Virus record (IMG/VR): IMGVR_UViG_3300023174_000052
Coordinates: 1 to 64,000 of that record
DNA: 64,000 bases
Direction: 5' to 3' (one strand)
DNA from: a virus
Numbering within the stretch: the stretch's first letter is position 1; the number at the start of each line of letters is the position of its first letter. Positions 26,350-35,817 of this stretch are shown piece by piece. The notes under the pieces are model-generated. The model did no database searches, was not told where the DNA came from, and saw only the letters and a list, made by a program, of their open reading frames with translations. Position numbers and translations under genes: made by a program.

Positions 26350-26849
26350 GCTCCGCCTCCGCCGCTGGCCATAGCACCGACAGCTAATGGAGCCTCTACC
26401 GGACCAGATGGATGATCTACGTCGGGTGACTTAATCATTTTAGAAGCAGTAGAATCATTCTTCAATTCTTCAATAAACTGATTCGAGATATCTTCACCGT
26501 ATTTTGTTTTAAGAAATTCACTCGCTCTATTAACGATAACGCCTGGGATATCGATAATATCGGGAATATCCATGACTTTTTCGTACATCATTAAGCATCG
26601 TATGATTTCATTCGTAAACGAACCTATATCTATCGAGGGTGGTTTCGCAGCTTCACCAGCTTCAGCATCTTCAAATAAGAAATTCATTTTTAATCTAGAC
26701 ACTGATTCCTCTACTTCGCCTGCACCATTCTTCATAGCAACTTGTACAGCGACGCGTTCAGCACGATGAATCATATCATCGATTTGTTGATCTACAGAGT
26801 TCTCGCTGCGAGAAAAAGTTACATCTTCAAGTAACATTCGAAGTTTCAT
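26346..26849 (-). CDS. hypothetical protein, possible head protein
   Basis: MKLRMLLE, SVDQQID, FLFE, PLAVGA C-terminus. Confidence 0.6.
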   Translation of the reverse strand: MKLRMLLEDVTFSRSENSVDQQIDDMIHRAERVAVQVAMKNGAGEVEESVSRLKMNFLFEDAEAGEAAKPPSIDIGSFTNEIIRCLMMYEKVMDIPDIIDIPGVIVNRASEFLKTKYGEDISNQFIEELKNDSTASKMIKSPDVDHPSGPVEAPLAVGAMASGGGGA

Positions 26850-27550
26850 TTTAATATCCTACCGATTTGCTCGGATTGCTCGATTCTTTCTTCGATCTTG
26901 TCCCATCGTAATTCTCTCATCATCGCAAAGATATAAGACTTTCTATCCTTAAAATAATCAGAGTAATAACTGTGCTCCCAACAATCCACGACGACCACTG
27001 GTATACAACCGAATGGAATGTCCTGGGAATGTAGATTGACTACGACATTGATGTATCTCTTTAAGAACGTATTGTAACATGTAACTGCCCAACCATTTCT
27101 GGCGGCCAACGCGCATGCGATAAAATCTTTTTGCCACTTATCGAAAGAACCCCAGTCTCTTTCAAGTCGCATAAAAGTGAGGGAGTCTGTTGTTAGCTTA
27201 GAATTAGCGTCTCCGATATTTTCGAAGAATAGACCATGTAAGAACGCTGCGTTCAAATTATAAGCTTCGTCGATCTTCAGAGATCTAAAATCGCATCCAT
27301 TAGGAGATACTGAGTCTCTATCAACAGAATCAAGCTTGGCAGATATTTCGTTTAAAGATTTAACGTAACCATCAAGTAATTCTTGGTGATTCTTCTTATT
27401 CTTTTCAGATAAACTCTCCGTCTTACTATCTGCGTGGCGAGCCTGTACAACGTAAGCTTCATTTTTGATAGAGGTCGAAGTTATTTTTTGACCGACGTCC
27501 TTAACGACATCGTCTACTAATCCATTCAACCAATCATTTTTTCGAGCCAT
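26846..27550 (-). CDS. sod: Fe/Mn superoxide dismutase-like protein
   Basis: H..YV..LN, LHGLFFENI, WGSFDKW, GWAV, DCWEHSYY..R..Y..W; all four metal ligands present. Confidence 0.8.
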   Translation of the reverse strand: MARKNDWLNGLVDDVVKDVGQKITSTSIKNEAYVVQARHADSKTESLSEKNKKNHQELLDGYVKSLNEISAKLDSVDRDSVSPNGCDFRSLKIDEAYNLNAAFLHGLFFENIGDANSKLTTDSLTFMRLERDWGSFDKWQKDFIACALAARNGWAVTCYNTFLKRYINVVVNLHSQDIPFGCIPVVVVDCWEHSYYSDYFKDRKSYIFAMMRELRWDKIEERIEQSEQIGRILK

Positions 27551-28075
27551 TTAGGCCTCCCTATAATGTTTTTCAAACTCTTTCTGGTTAATGACGAAGA
27601 CGGTGTCATCATCTCCACCATCACCCGCAGGTTGACTCTGCATCTTTGGATACGCTGAGATGCCGTAGTCCTTCTTGTCTTCTTCTTCATCGTTAGAAGA
27701 CGGAGATAGACTGTCTTCATTATCATCAGATACAGGTTCTTCGCCTGACATACTATCGACATCGTCTTCGGCTACGAACTGTTCGCCAGGCGGGACTGCC
27801 TTTCCTGCAAAATCAGGGTGCAAAGCAGTGGGGTCGACCGCGGTCTTTCTTGGCTGCTCAGGAGTCCTGAGAGTTATCTTAGCCGCACCAGGATTTCCTT
27901 CAACACCAACTACCGTGTATTCAAGACCTGACGGTTCATGAACGACCTTAAGGTCAGAACCTATAATGAGTTCGCCTCTGCTATCGAATACGTTCAATTC
28001 GTTTAAGATTTTATTTAAATGTCTTTCGTATTCTTCGCGCATTAACGCGACCATCTTACTTTTATTTTTTGCCAT
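27551..28075 (-). CDS. hypothetical acidic protein
   Basis: LKVVHEPSGLEYTV domain plus acidic tail. Confidence 0.6.
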   Translation of the reverse strand: MAKNKSKMVALMREEYERHLNKILNELNVFDSRGELIIGSDLKVVHEPSGLEYTVVGVEGNPGAAKITLRTPEQPRKTAVDPTALHPDFAGKAVPPGEQFVAEDDVDSMSGEEPVSDDNEDSLSPSSNDEEEDKKDYGISAYPKMQSQPAGDGGDDDTVFVINQKEFEKHYREA

Positions 28076-28135
28076 TTTATTCTCATACGTGTCGGATAAA
28101 TCGACACTTCAATATAACTATGTACGTGCACGACT

Positions 28136-28585
28136 CTAAAACTGAGAACAGCGCACACCTGCTCGCTTAAATATTTCGTCCGTCCCATCACCCATACCGC
28201 AATAATCATTAACGTATAAGACACGTCTGATGTCTGAATTTGCGATCCTCTTTGCGCACATGGGACACGGCTTATGTGTACAAATCATGATTAGTCGGGA
28301 ACGAGTTTCGTAGGGTTTCGACAGATGGAGGAGACAGTTTTCTTCGGCGTGAAGGTAGCCAGACATACCAGTCTCCATCGAGTCCCTTTCGTTAGGGCCA
28401 CCCTTATAATTTCCATTGTAACCTATAGCACAAACTTCTCGAAAATCATCAGTAATGATAATCGAGCCGACCTTCATTTTTGGATCATGTGATAGTTTCG
28501 AAAGTTCAATACACATAGATTTAAAGACTTCGAACTTAATAGATTGTCTCTCGGAAATTTCTCCAACGACATCTTGGATATTCAC
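28136..28585 (-). CDS. dCMP deaminase
   Basis: KVG, GYNG, HAEEN, PCPMC zinc motifs. Confidence 0.9.
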   Translation of the reverse strand: MNIQDVVGEISERQSIKFEVFKSMCIELSKLSHDPKMKVGSIIITDDFREVCAIGYNGNYKGGPNERDSMETGMSGYLHAEENCLLHLSKPYETRSRLIMICTHKPCPMCAKRIANSDIRRVLYVNDYCGMGDGTDEIFKRAGVRCSQF

Positions 28586-28642
28586 TTTAAACCCCCAAAC
28601 ATTTCACTCTTTGGTACGCAGAGCGAGTCGATTAACGTTGGT

Positions 28643-29518
28643 CTAATAGTTTGTATTGACCTTTGAACCGTCACGCTCTGCCTTATCGAAAATCGTTTCA
28701 ATGCTAACTCCTGGAGGGAGTGAAAACCCTGCTGCCTTTCGATGTCCACCACCGCCAAACTTCTTCGCAACTTCGCTGACGTCTTCGTCTTCGTGGTGAG
28801 CCCGTAAGGATACGCGGCACTGCATCTTCTCGTGATCCCAGCACCAGATAATAGCGTAATCACACTTTGGACCCAAGCTATTTCCAATCTCACTCATCCA
28901 ATGAGATGAGTTAACTACGAGAACATCTTTTCCATCGAGCTTACGACGTGAGGCGTTCTTCACGATCTTAGAGATTACTGTCTTTGAATACGCAAGAATA
29001 TAAGCGCCGCGTTCTTTTGCGTCATCTACAGCAGAATCGTCGAGGAACTTATCGTACTCTTCGAAGTCCCAGGGAACCATGTCGAATGCTGCGGAGAATT
29101 CCTTACTGTAAGGAAGTTCCCACTTCCACAAGTCCCTATCCTCGATGAGCTTAATGAGTTGCGGAGCTTCTTTACCTGGGTGGAAGAAGTTCCAAGACAT
29201 CATGGCACCCGATCGTGTCATATCGAAGATGGCGCAATTAACATCGTGGAGTTCGACCATCGCTGATTTATGATGGTCGATGACAACAAGCGCCTCTGCA
29301 TCTTTTACCATCTGTTTGATGGTTGAATTATTGTAAGAGAAGTCGAGAATAGCAACTCGACGTCCCTTTACATCTGGCGGTTGCTCACCGTGGTTGGCAG
29401 CGTGATACTCGGCTCTATCTCCGAGTAATTTCCACGCTGCCCAAGCCGCTCCTGTTCCATCGCTACAATTAGCGTGATAGATTACGAGGTCGATCGAAGT
29501 TGGTTCAACTATTGACAT
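28643..29518 (-). CDS. DHH/DHHA1 phosphoesterase
   Basis: YH.NC.DG, LDFS, IDHH, EDRDLW, VSLR, GGGGH..AAGF. Confidence 0.9.
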   Translation of the reverse strand: MSIVEPTSIDLVIYHANCSDGTGAAWAAWKLLGDRAEYHAANHGEQPPDVKGRRVAILDFSYNNSTIKQMVKDAEALVVIDHHKSAMVELHDVNCAIFDMTRSGAMMSWNFFHPGKEAPQLIKLIEDRDLWKWELPYSKEFSAAFDMVPWDFEEYDKFLDDSAVDDAKERGAYILAYSKTVISKIVKNASRRKLDGKDVLVVNSSHWMSEIGNSLGPKCDYAIIWCWDHEKMQCRVSLRAHHEDEDVSEVAKKFGGGGHRKAAGFSLPPGVSIETIFDKAERDGSKVNTNY

Positions 29519-30083
29519 CCCTATTTCCTGTTAGCGGGTGACAACTCCAGCATAACGGTTCATAAGTATCCGCCCCACCTACCGAAATTTCTTCGAGGGC
29601 GGGCACCTTACGTCGAGTTGTGCGAGCGTCGTCTCCACATTCTACACAGACAGCAGCGCATTTTTCAATCTTCGTAGCGAATGGCATCATCCTCTCGACC
29701 TCAGAGAAAGATTTGAGATTAGAAGACAGTTCAATAGATGAGACGTAGACTGAAACACCTCGTTGAAATACTTCGACGAGAGCGTCTGCGCATCCATCGA
29801 TCATAAACGCTTCGTCGACGGCTACGACTTCGGGTTTAAGTTTATCAACGATTCTCAGAATTTGATCGCCGCTGGAGACAGGAGTCGCCTCCATTTTTCC
29901 ACCTGCATGGGTTACGACAGCATACTCTGAATATCGACCATCGATGATGGGTTTAAAACAGACAACTTTCGAACCTCTAATTTGATGTCGTTCGACGGCT
30001 GAAATTAATCGTGAACTCTTACCAGAGAACATCGCGCCAACAAACAATACAAATTCCCAAATGGGCTTTCTTTGTTTTTGCAT
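29505..30083 (-). CDS. tdk: thymidine kinase (type II)
   Basis: GAMFSGKS, FKP.ID.RY, VDEA, CVECG..VGG...YEPLC..C. Confidence 0.92.
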   Translation of the reverse strand: MQKQRKPIWEFVLFVGAMFSGKSSRLISAVERHQIRGSKVVCFKPIIDGRYSEYAVVTHAGGKMEATPVSSGDQILRIVDKLKPEVVAVDEAFMIDGCADALVEVFQRGVSVYVSSIELSSNLKSFSEVERMMPFATKIEKCAAVCVECGDDARTTRRKVPALEEISVGGADTYEPLCWSCHPLTGNRDVNS

Positions 30084-30091
30084 GTTCTATT

Positions 30092-31111
30092 CTACTCTGT
30101 AACCGTAGAAGTGTTTAAGCCCCACCATTCCCATGTTCGCTCAAGTCCTTCCTCAAAAGAAACTTGTGGAGTCCAACCCAACAAATCTTCAGCGAATCGA
30201 TAGTCGGCTTGTGTATCTCTAACATCGTAAGGACGTGTGGGTACTTTCTTAATTTCAATATCTCGAAACTTATTTTTAAATAAAGACAGAATGTAATTGT
30301 TTGAAATGTTACGACCAGTCCCGATATTAAACGATTCGCCTTCAAACGACTCTGTTCGAGTAGCAGCGAGTACATTCGCTCTTACGACGTCTTCGACATA
30401 TACGAAATCTCGAGTCTGATCGCCGTCTCCATCTAATCGAAGTGGACGTCCATCCCTTACACTATTACACCATGCAGCTACAACGGCAGAATGATAGGAA
30501 TCAATACCAAGTTGATTTGGTCCATAAACACTAAAATATCGAAGGCTTACAGCGTCGGTCCCGTATAACTTCGAAGACATTTTAAGAAATTCTTCGACCA
30601 TCAACTTTTGAAGACCATGTGGCTTCGTTGGCGCACATTCATGATACTCAACGGTAGGCCCGAGTGCATCGCCATACACAGCGCTGGTCGACGAAAAAAT
30701 AAATCGAGGACTGTTCGGAGCACGATCCATAGCCTCTAAAAGACTAATAGTCCTTGTCACATTAATGTCTGTTGTTTGCGCAGGTCGATCTACGGAATAA
30801 AGTTCTCGAGAACTTGCAGCAAGATGAAACACCCTGTCGTAATACCCACGTTCTACTCTCGACAATACATTTGGATGTTCAAAATCGGCTTCGAAAAATA
30901 GAACTTGATTTTTCTCTCGAGTATTCTCATACTCCTCTTCGAACTTCTTGGACATAAAAACGGGAACCGATCGCATTCTCAAGTCTGATAGAGATTCCAG
31001 TTGACCACTTGAAAGATCGTCAACGACATCAACTTGCCAGCCGATATTAACAAGAGCTCGAACTAAATTCGAGCCAATAAATCCTGCGCCGCCCGTAACA
31101 AGAACTCGCAT
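30092..31111 (-). CDS. NAD-dependent nucleotide-sugar epimerase/dehydratase (extended SDR)
   Basis: TGGAGFIG, HLAA, FSSTSAVYG, LRYF.VYGP, GDG.QTRDF.YV.D; the YxxxK motif reads HGLQK. Confidence 0.9.
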   Translation of the reverse strand: MRVLVTGGAGFIGSNLVRALVNIGWQVDVVDDLSSGQLESLSDLRMRSVPVFMSKKFEEEYENTREKNQVLFFEADFEHPNVLSRVERGYYDRVFHLAASSRELYSVDRPAQTTDINVTRTISLLEAMDRAPNSPRFIFSSTSAVYGDALGPTVEYHECAPTKPHGLQKLMVEEFLKMSSKLYGTDAVSLRYFSVYGPNQLGIDSYHSAVVAAWCNSVRDGRPLRLDGDGDQTRDFVYVEDVVRANVLAATRTESFEGESFNIGTGRNISNNYILSLFKNKFRDIEIKKVPTRPYDVRDTQADYRFAEDLLGWTPQVSFEEGLERTWEWWGLNTSTVTE

Positions 31112-31122
31112 GCTTTCTCCTT

Positions 31123-32103
31123 TTATCGATTAAAAAATTTATAGCAGTGATCGTTAGTATGCGTTAACGCAAATTCTGCCATTTCATTCTCATGTAATTT
31201 CCGCAACCGTCGAGACAACAAGACTCGAAACCAGTCATGAACGAGATCGAGATTGGATGCATCCAAATCTTTCGTAAATGGTGGAGATACGAACAACGCA
31301 CCAGTTAGTAGTTGTCCATTAGTTGCTGTAGACACTGCATCTTCCATCATTGACATTTCCCTCGTTGGGAATGAACCTGATAACTTACGCATTGGTTCGA
31401 TGTATGTTACTTCGCTATTCGCGATAGCATCGAGCATTTCAAAATCCCTCTGATAACAGTGAAGAGAATTTGAGGTGTGTACGTATTCTCCAAGTTCGAC
31501 GCCCAGCTCGTTTGCCATTACTTCCTGCATAATAGTAAAAGCGGGAACGTCATAAGCCAGTCCGAGAATGATATCGCTCGAACGCATGCTTACATGTAAG
31601 TGTAAAGCATTACCTCGAATGAAGAACTGGAGAGATAGGGTACAGGGGACATCCTTAGATTCATGTAAAGAATCATGAGCAGAACGAATGTGAATGACAG
31701 CTCGGCGAGAATCAGGATCTCGACGGAGTTCTTCCTTTACGTAATCCCACTGGATAATCTTTTCTGATGCTCGTTCGTGTGGCTTAAAGATCCTCGCGCC
31801 GTAAGCAGAATTCGCTGTAGAGCCATCATCTGTAATGTTCCGCCAAAATGGAGCATACCTCGAAATCCATTCCGTGGAGTTATTTCCACTCATGTACCAA
31901 ATCGTTTCTGCAACGAGGTAAGACATGGAAAACTTTCGAGCCTCAACGTATGGTAGACGATTACGGGCATCCTTAATCCTAAATTGGACACCGAGACTTT
32001 CCTTAATCATCTGCCCGCGAGGACTTGAAACCCACTCATGCTCATCTCGAAGTTGACGAGCCAGATCGATGTAAGCTTCAGTAAAGTTATCATACCTCTT
32101 CAT
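31123..32103 (-). CDS. thymidylate-synthase-fold dCMP hydroxymethylase
   Basis: SAYG.R, DSRRAVI, DVPC, MRSSDIILGLAYD (Asp at the dUMP/dCMP discriminator), SLH.Y. Confidence 0.85.
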   Translation of the reverse strand: MKRYDNFTEAYIDLARQLRDEHEWVSSPRGQMIKESLGVQFRIKDARNRLPYVEARKFSMSYLVAETIWYMSGNNSTEWISRYAPFWRNITDDGSTANSAYGARIFKPHERASEKIIQWDYVKEELRRDPDSRRAVIHIRSAHDSLHESKDVPCTLSLQFFIRGNALHLHVSMRSSDIILGLAYDVPAFTIMQEVMANELGVELGEYVHTSNSLHCYQRDFEMLDAIANSEVTYIEPMRKLSGSFPTREMSMMEDAVSTATNGQLLTGALFVSPPFTKDLDASNLDLVHDWFRVLLSRRLRKLHENEMAEFALTHTNDHCYKFFNR

Positions 32104-32746
32104 TTAGATTCTCCAACTCCTGTAACAATGAAACTGTATCAGACCAACCCGAAGTGTTTTGAGCCGATGAAGAATAAATTGAAATTTGATACTCTTTGTC
32201 ACCGTATACAGGTTTCAAAAAGTATTCATTGATTGTTAAGATGTCTGGGACTAATTCATTAGTAACGTCTGACGCTCGAAATACTAAGCGAGGTCCTTCA
32301 GGCGAATAATGAATAAAGCTAAGACAGGTTATGTCCTGAGATGCTAAAAGTTCGCTGGCTGCGTAAGTCGAGAAGTCATGTGCGAACCGAACAAGACACC
32401 GTCGAGTGTTAGGTCGAAACCGTAGGTGTTCTTTCACACCGATGATTAGCGCGTCGTATACGGTATTGTTTTGCTTACCAGCAGCGACCGTATAAATCGT
32501 AGAATCCAATTCCTTCAGTTCCATCAAAGACCTGAGGCTCGGTCGATCATCAACGAAAGAAGTAAAGTTCTCAGGTCTTGTATCTCGATTTTCAAAAGCC
32601 TGTCGCTTAACATCGTAGTACGCAGCCAACGTCCTGTCGCTACGATATAGAGTCGTAACGACATGGTCAATATTAGAAAGATTCTTTGATGAAACTTTAA
32701 TTAGATAATCATCATTTTCAAAATCTGGATTCTTTTGAACTAACAT
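32090..32746 (-). CDS. second, divergent thymidylate-synthase-fold protein
   Basis: NTRRCLV, DITCLSF, FRASDVTNELVPD and SSAQ parallel the RR, PC, RSxD..D and SLH motifs. Confidence 0.7.
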   Translation of the reverse strand: MLVQKNPDFENDDYLIKVSSKNLSNIDHVVTTLYRSDRTLAAYYDVKRQAFENRDTRPENFTSFVDDRPSLRSLMELKELDSTIYTVAAGKQNNTVYDALIIGVKEHLRFRPNTRRCLVRFAHDFSTYAASELLASQDITCLSFIHYSPEGPRLVFRASDVTNELVPDILTINEYFLKPVYGDKEYQISIYSSSAQNTSGWSDTVSLLQELENLNEEV

Positions 32747-32749
32747 GTT

Positions 32750-34513
32750 TCACCCGTCGAAATCGCACAGGAATAATAGCGGTCGCTTATGTCCTAACTC
32801 GATTGATTTATCGAATTCAAACTTGAAGCTATCGAATACGCTATCGAAAGAGTAAACGATAGGACGACCATGCGCATTGAAACTCGTGTTAATGAGAACA
32901 CGGTGCTTCGAATCGATCGAATTCAAAAGATTAAACATGAATGTATCACTATAATTGACAAGTTGTGGTCGACCCGACCAGACTTCTCGATCTGGGTATT
33001 TATGAGCAACGCCACCATAAGCCTCGAGGTTCGGCTTCGAGTAATCGTAAGTTAGAATCATGAACCTGTCTGAGCCTACAGTTTTAGCAAAACTTGGTGC
33101 GCTAAAATAATCTGCGACTTCGTGTGCCAACATGACAGGAGCCATGGGCATCACTGTATCGCGATCATTCAGGTCGTTGATGATTTCAACATTAGATTTC
33201 GTAGGATTCGCGAGCGTCGTAGTGCTACAGAGCGCTCGAGGCCCAAACTCCATCCTGGACTTAACGACGTTAACCAACTCGTCTTTTCGCAAAGCATTCG
33301 TCGTTTCAACGAGAGCTTCTACCCTCTGATCTTGACTAAAGTATTTAATGTACGGACCGTACTTTTCATAGTCTTCGTTGCTCAAAGTAAGTTGCCAGTC
33401 CCTAAAGCTTGGACGTTGACCCCACTTTAGATCTCCCCACTTAAAACCACCGACGTGTGCTTCGTACATTCCTACTCCACACCCCTGATCGCCCGCCAGT
33501 GGGACGACAGTAAAGAGACCAGGAACTTCGGAGAAGATTCGATTATTCAACTTAACGTTATAGAAAATACCGCCAGACAACGCGACATTAGACACATCGT
33601 AATGAGAAAGCATCTTCAACATTACACCTTCAATCAATTCCTGAATGTAGTGTCCGATGATGATTCGAACGTGTCGATTTGGAATGTCGGTAGAGGCAAC
33701 GTGTGTAATTACATCAGTAAAAACATTGCGCCAGTTAGTGCGGGTAGTACCCAGTAGATCGATATTAACTAATCGAGAATTCGAACGCCAATAACTTGGT
33801 CGAGAATCAGGACGTGCGTTCATCTCATCGAACATCTTGTCAGCCTGTTCAGCTGCGAGTCGACGAAGTTCAACAACATCTTTTTCACCGAGGACATCGT
33901 TGATGTAAGTTTCGTAACCAAGGAACTTATATTCGTCCTGATTTTCTTTCATTCCACAGAAAGATGTAGCGTATTGATACATGAGACCGAGAGAGTACCC
34001 GTAACCATAATAACGATTAAGCAGAACAGGTCGCGAGTCTTTGTCAGCCAATGAATATACGCTGAAGACTTCTTGATTCGTACCATAACCATCGGCTGCG
34101 ATGACGTGAATGGGACGATTATGCTTCTTCAAGATTTCGCCATGCTCACCCTGAAATTGGTCACGCAAGAAAGAAACGACAGACCAAGCGTGTGCATCGT
34201 GGTGTGTAAACTTCTCGCTTAGAAAGACGGGTTCGAGAGAATACTTCTGGACAAGAGCGTCGAAGTGTTCCTTATCGAAATACTTGTTCGATTCTTTATG
34301 AAAGTCGAGCTTATCGAACCAATGCGAGACGAATACCTTGCTTCCTTTTTCGATGTTCGCTCGTTTTTCGATTTCAGCAATCGACAACACAGGATAAGCG
34401 CTAGTCGACTTGACTCGATTCAATCGTTCTTCTTCATAGCCGAGCGCTTTTTCTCCGTCGAAGTACACAGCCGATGCGTGGTGACCAAGAGTTAACATAA
34501 GAGCAGAATTCAA
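32750..34513 (-). CDS. O-carbamoyltransferase (NodU/CmcH/TobZ family)
   Basis: EEERLNRVK, HHDAHA, DGYG, SLG..Y, LSGG...N...N, GDQG, EFGPRAL, NTSFN.HG.PIV; GGAGG before TTG start. Confidence 0.93.
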   Translation of the reverse strand: MNSALMLTLGHHASAVYFDGEKALGYEEERLNRVKSTSAYPVLSIAEIEKRANIEKGSKVFVSHWFDKLDFHKESNKYFDKEHFDALVQKYSLEPVFLSEKFTHHDAHAWSVVSFLRDQFQGEHGEILKKHNRPIHVIAADGYGTNQEVFSVYSLADKDSRPVLLNRYYGYGYSLGLMYQYATSFCGMKENQDEYKFLGYETYINDVLGEKDVVELRRLAAEQADKMFDEMNARPDSRPSYWRSNSRLVNIDLLGTTRTNWRNVFTDVITHVASTDIPNRHVRIIIGHYIQELIEGVMLKMLSHYDVSNVALSGGIFYNVKLNNRIFSEVPGLFTVVPLAGDQGCGVGMYEAHVGGFKWGDLKWGQRPSFRDWQLTLSNEDYEKYGPYIKYFSQDQRVEALVETTNALRKDELVNVVKSRMEFGPRALCSTTTLANPTKSNVEIINDLNDRDTVMPMAPVMLAHEVADYFSAPSFAKTVGSDRFMILTYDYSKPNLEAYGGVAHKYPDREVWSGRPQLVNYSDTFMFNLLNSIDSKHRVLINTSFNAHGRPIVYSFDSVFDSFKFEFDKSIELGHKRPLLFLCDFDG

Positions 34514-34545
34514 TTTTCCTCCGTTGTCTAATTGTTTTGATGTTC

Positions 34546-35817
34546 TTAGGAATTTTCAACGATTTCTTGCAATTCACAAGGCATTACAGCGTCTGTATCG
34601 ACTGGTATACCATACGGTTTGCCCATGATCAACTTGTCGTACTTAACACCCCAGTCTGCGAGTTGATTGACCGTCAATTGGTACAGATTATTATAAACCA
34701 TTCCTACATCATTGTTGAATCGTTTCATTCCTCGAGCTGTGTGTAATACGATTTCATCGCCTCGATTAAACAAAGCGTTCAGGACTCGAATGGAACTGGG
34801 AATAGCTTTAGCTTCTGCGTAATTACCACCTGTCTCAGTACAAATAGTCCCGTCGATATCCCATACCCAAGTCTTTCGACCGACCTGAAGAGTATTCATG
34901 TGTCGGGCAGTAGAATGTTCGGAACCGGGTCGACCTAAAACGATGTGACTAGAATCGAAACCAGAGAAAACGTATTTGATGTAATCCTTTCTAGAGTTCT
35001 TCGTAATGCAAAAACTTCCGCTGATTCGACAATTGATTTCAAGGAGTCGAGGAGAGCCTGCATCGTTGTACTTGAACTGCGCGAACCAGAAATAAGGAAG
35101 CTTTAATCTTCCTGCAATAATCTTTACGTATTCTCCGAGTTCTGCCCATCGTTCTGGCGAAGACTTTCCATAAGCTGTAATACCGTCCCTTACTCGTGTT
35201 CGCTCTCGTACGTTCCAATCGACCAGTTCTCCCTCATCGTTAGAAACGCAATCGACTGTATATTCATCTCCTGGCAGATACTCGGTTACGACATCGTCAT
35301 CAGTAACAGAACACCAGAAGTTCAAAGAATTCGTTCCTTTACGACCACCCTCACCTGAAGAACCATGCTTAGGCTTCGCGAATAAAGGAAGTTCCCAAGC
35401 AATATCTTCGATATCATCTTTAGTGTATACCTTGGGAGACACCTCGGGAATCAATTTGTATAGTTCATCCTTGAACAAACACGGCTTGAGACCTGTTTCG
35501 TCTGCCATCATGTATCGATCGACGTTTCGTAAGCTACTGTAATTGTCATAGAGGAACTTAAGCATCTTACAATTCGTAACGCACACGTTATCGATGGCGT
35601 TAGAATCGATAAAGTCATTCACCCAATTCAAAAACGCCTGCGAATCCTTGAATGGATTCGGGCATTCAAAAACATAGTTCTTGTTTAGATAAGCTCGACC
35701 TGGATTGAGGGTGTCGTAGTGGCAACCGTAGATTACCCAAGAATTTAGTTCTGCGACGCTCTTAACGATTTCGATAGAGCTTTCATTTCCAAATGTAAGT
35801 AACAGTAACTTCTTCAT
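34546..35817 (-). CDS. ATP-grasp ligase (CPS-like) fused to a C-terminal HAD phosphatase (EcbF/BcbF-like)
   Basis: PLFAKP..GS.G, EYLPG.EYTVD, LLEINCR; then WDIDGTIC, HTARGM, L..WGVKYD.L.MGKP. Confidence 0.85.
   Translation of the reverse strand: MKKLLLLTFGNESSIEIVKSVAELNSWVIYGCHYDTLNPGRAYLNKNYVFECPNPFKDSQAFLNWVNDFIDSNAIDNVCVTNCKMLKFLYDNYSSLRNVDRYMMADETGLKPCLFKDELYKLIPEVSPKVYTKDDIEDIAWELPLFAKPKHGSSGEGGRKGTNSLNFWCSVTDDDVVTEYLPGDEYTVDCVSNDEGELVDWNVRERTRVRDGITAYGKSSPERWAELGEYVKIIAGRLKLPYFWFAQFKYNDAGSPRLLEINCRISGSFCITKNSRKDYIKYVFSGFDSSHIVLGRPGSEHSTARHMNTLQVGRKTWVWDIDGTICTETGGNYAEAKAIPSSIRVLNALFNRGDEIVLHTARGMKRFNNDVGMVYNNLYQLTVNQLADWGVKYDKLIMGKPYGIPVDTDAVMPCELQEIVENS

Noticed and set aside
28582-28893. 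103-aa ORF overlapping the DHH gene
   Set aside because: Alternate frame of a well-supported gene with no recognisable features.
31123-32103. Canonical thyA or dUMP hydroxymethylase
   Set aside because: Has Asp instead of the uracil-specifying Asn after RSxD...G, and DVPCT rather than L.PCH.
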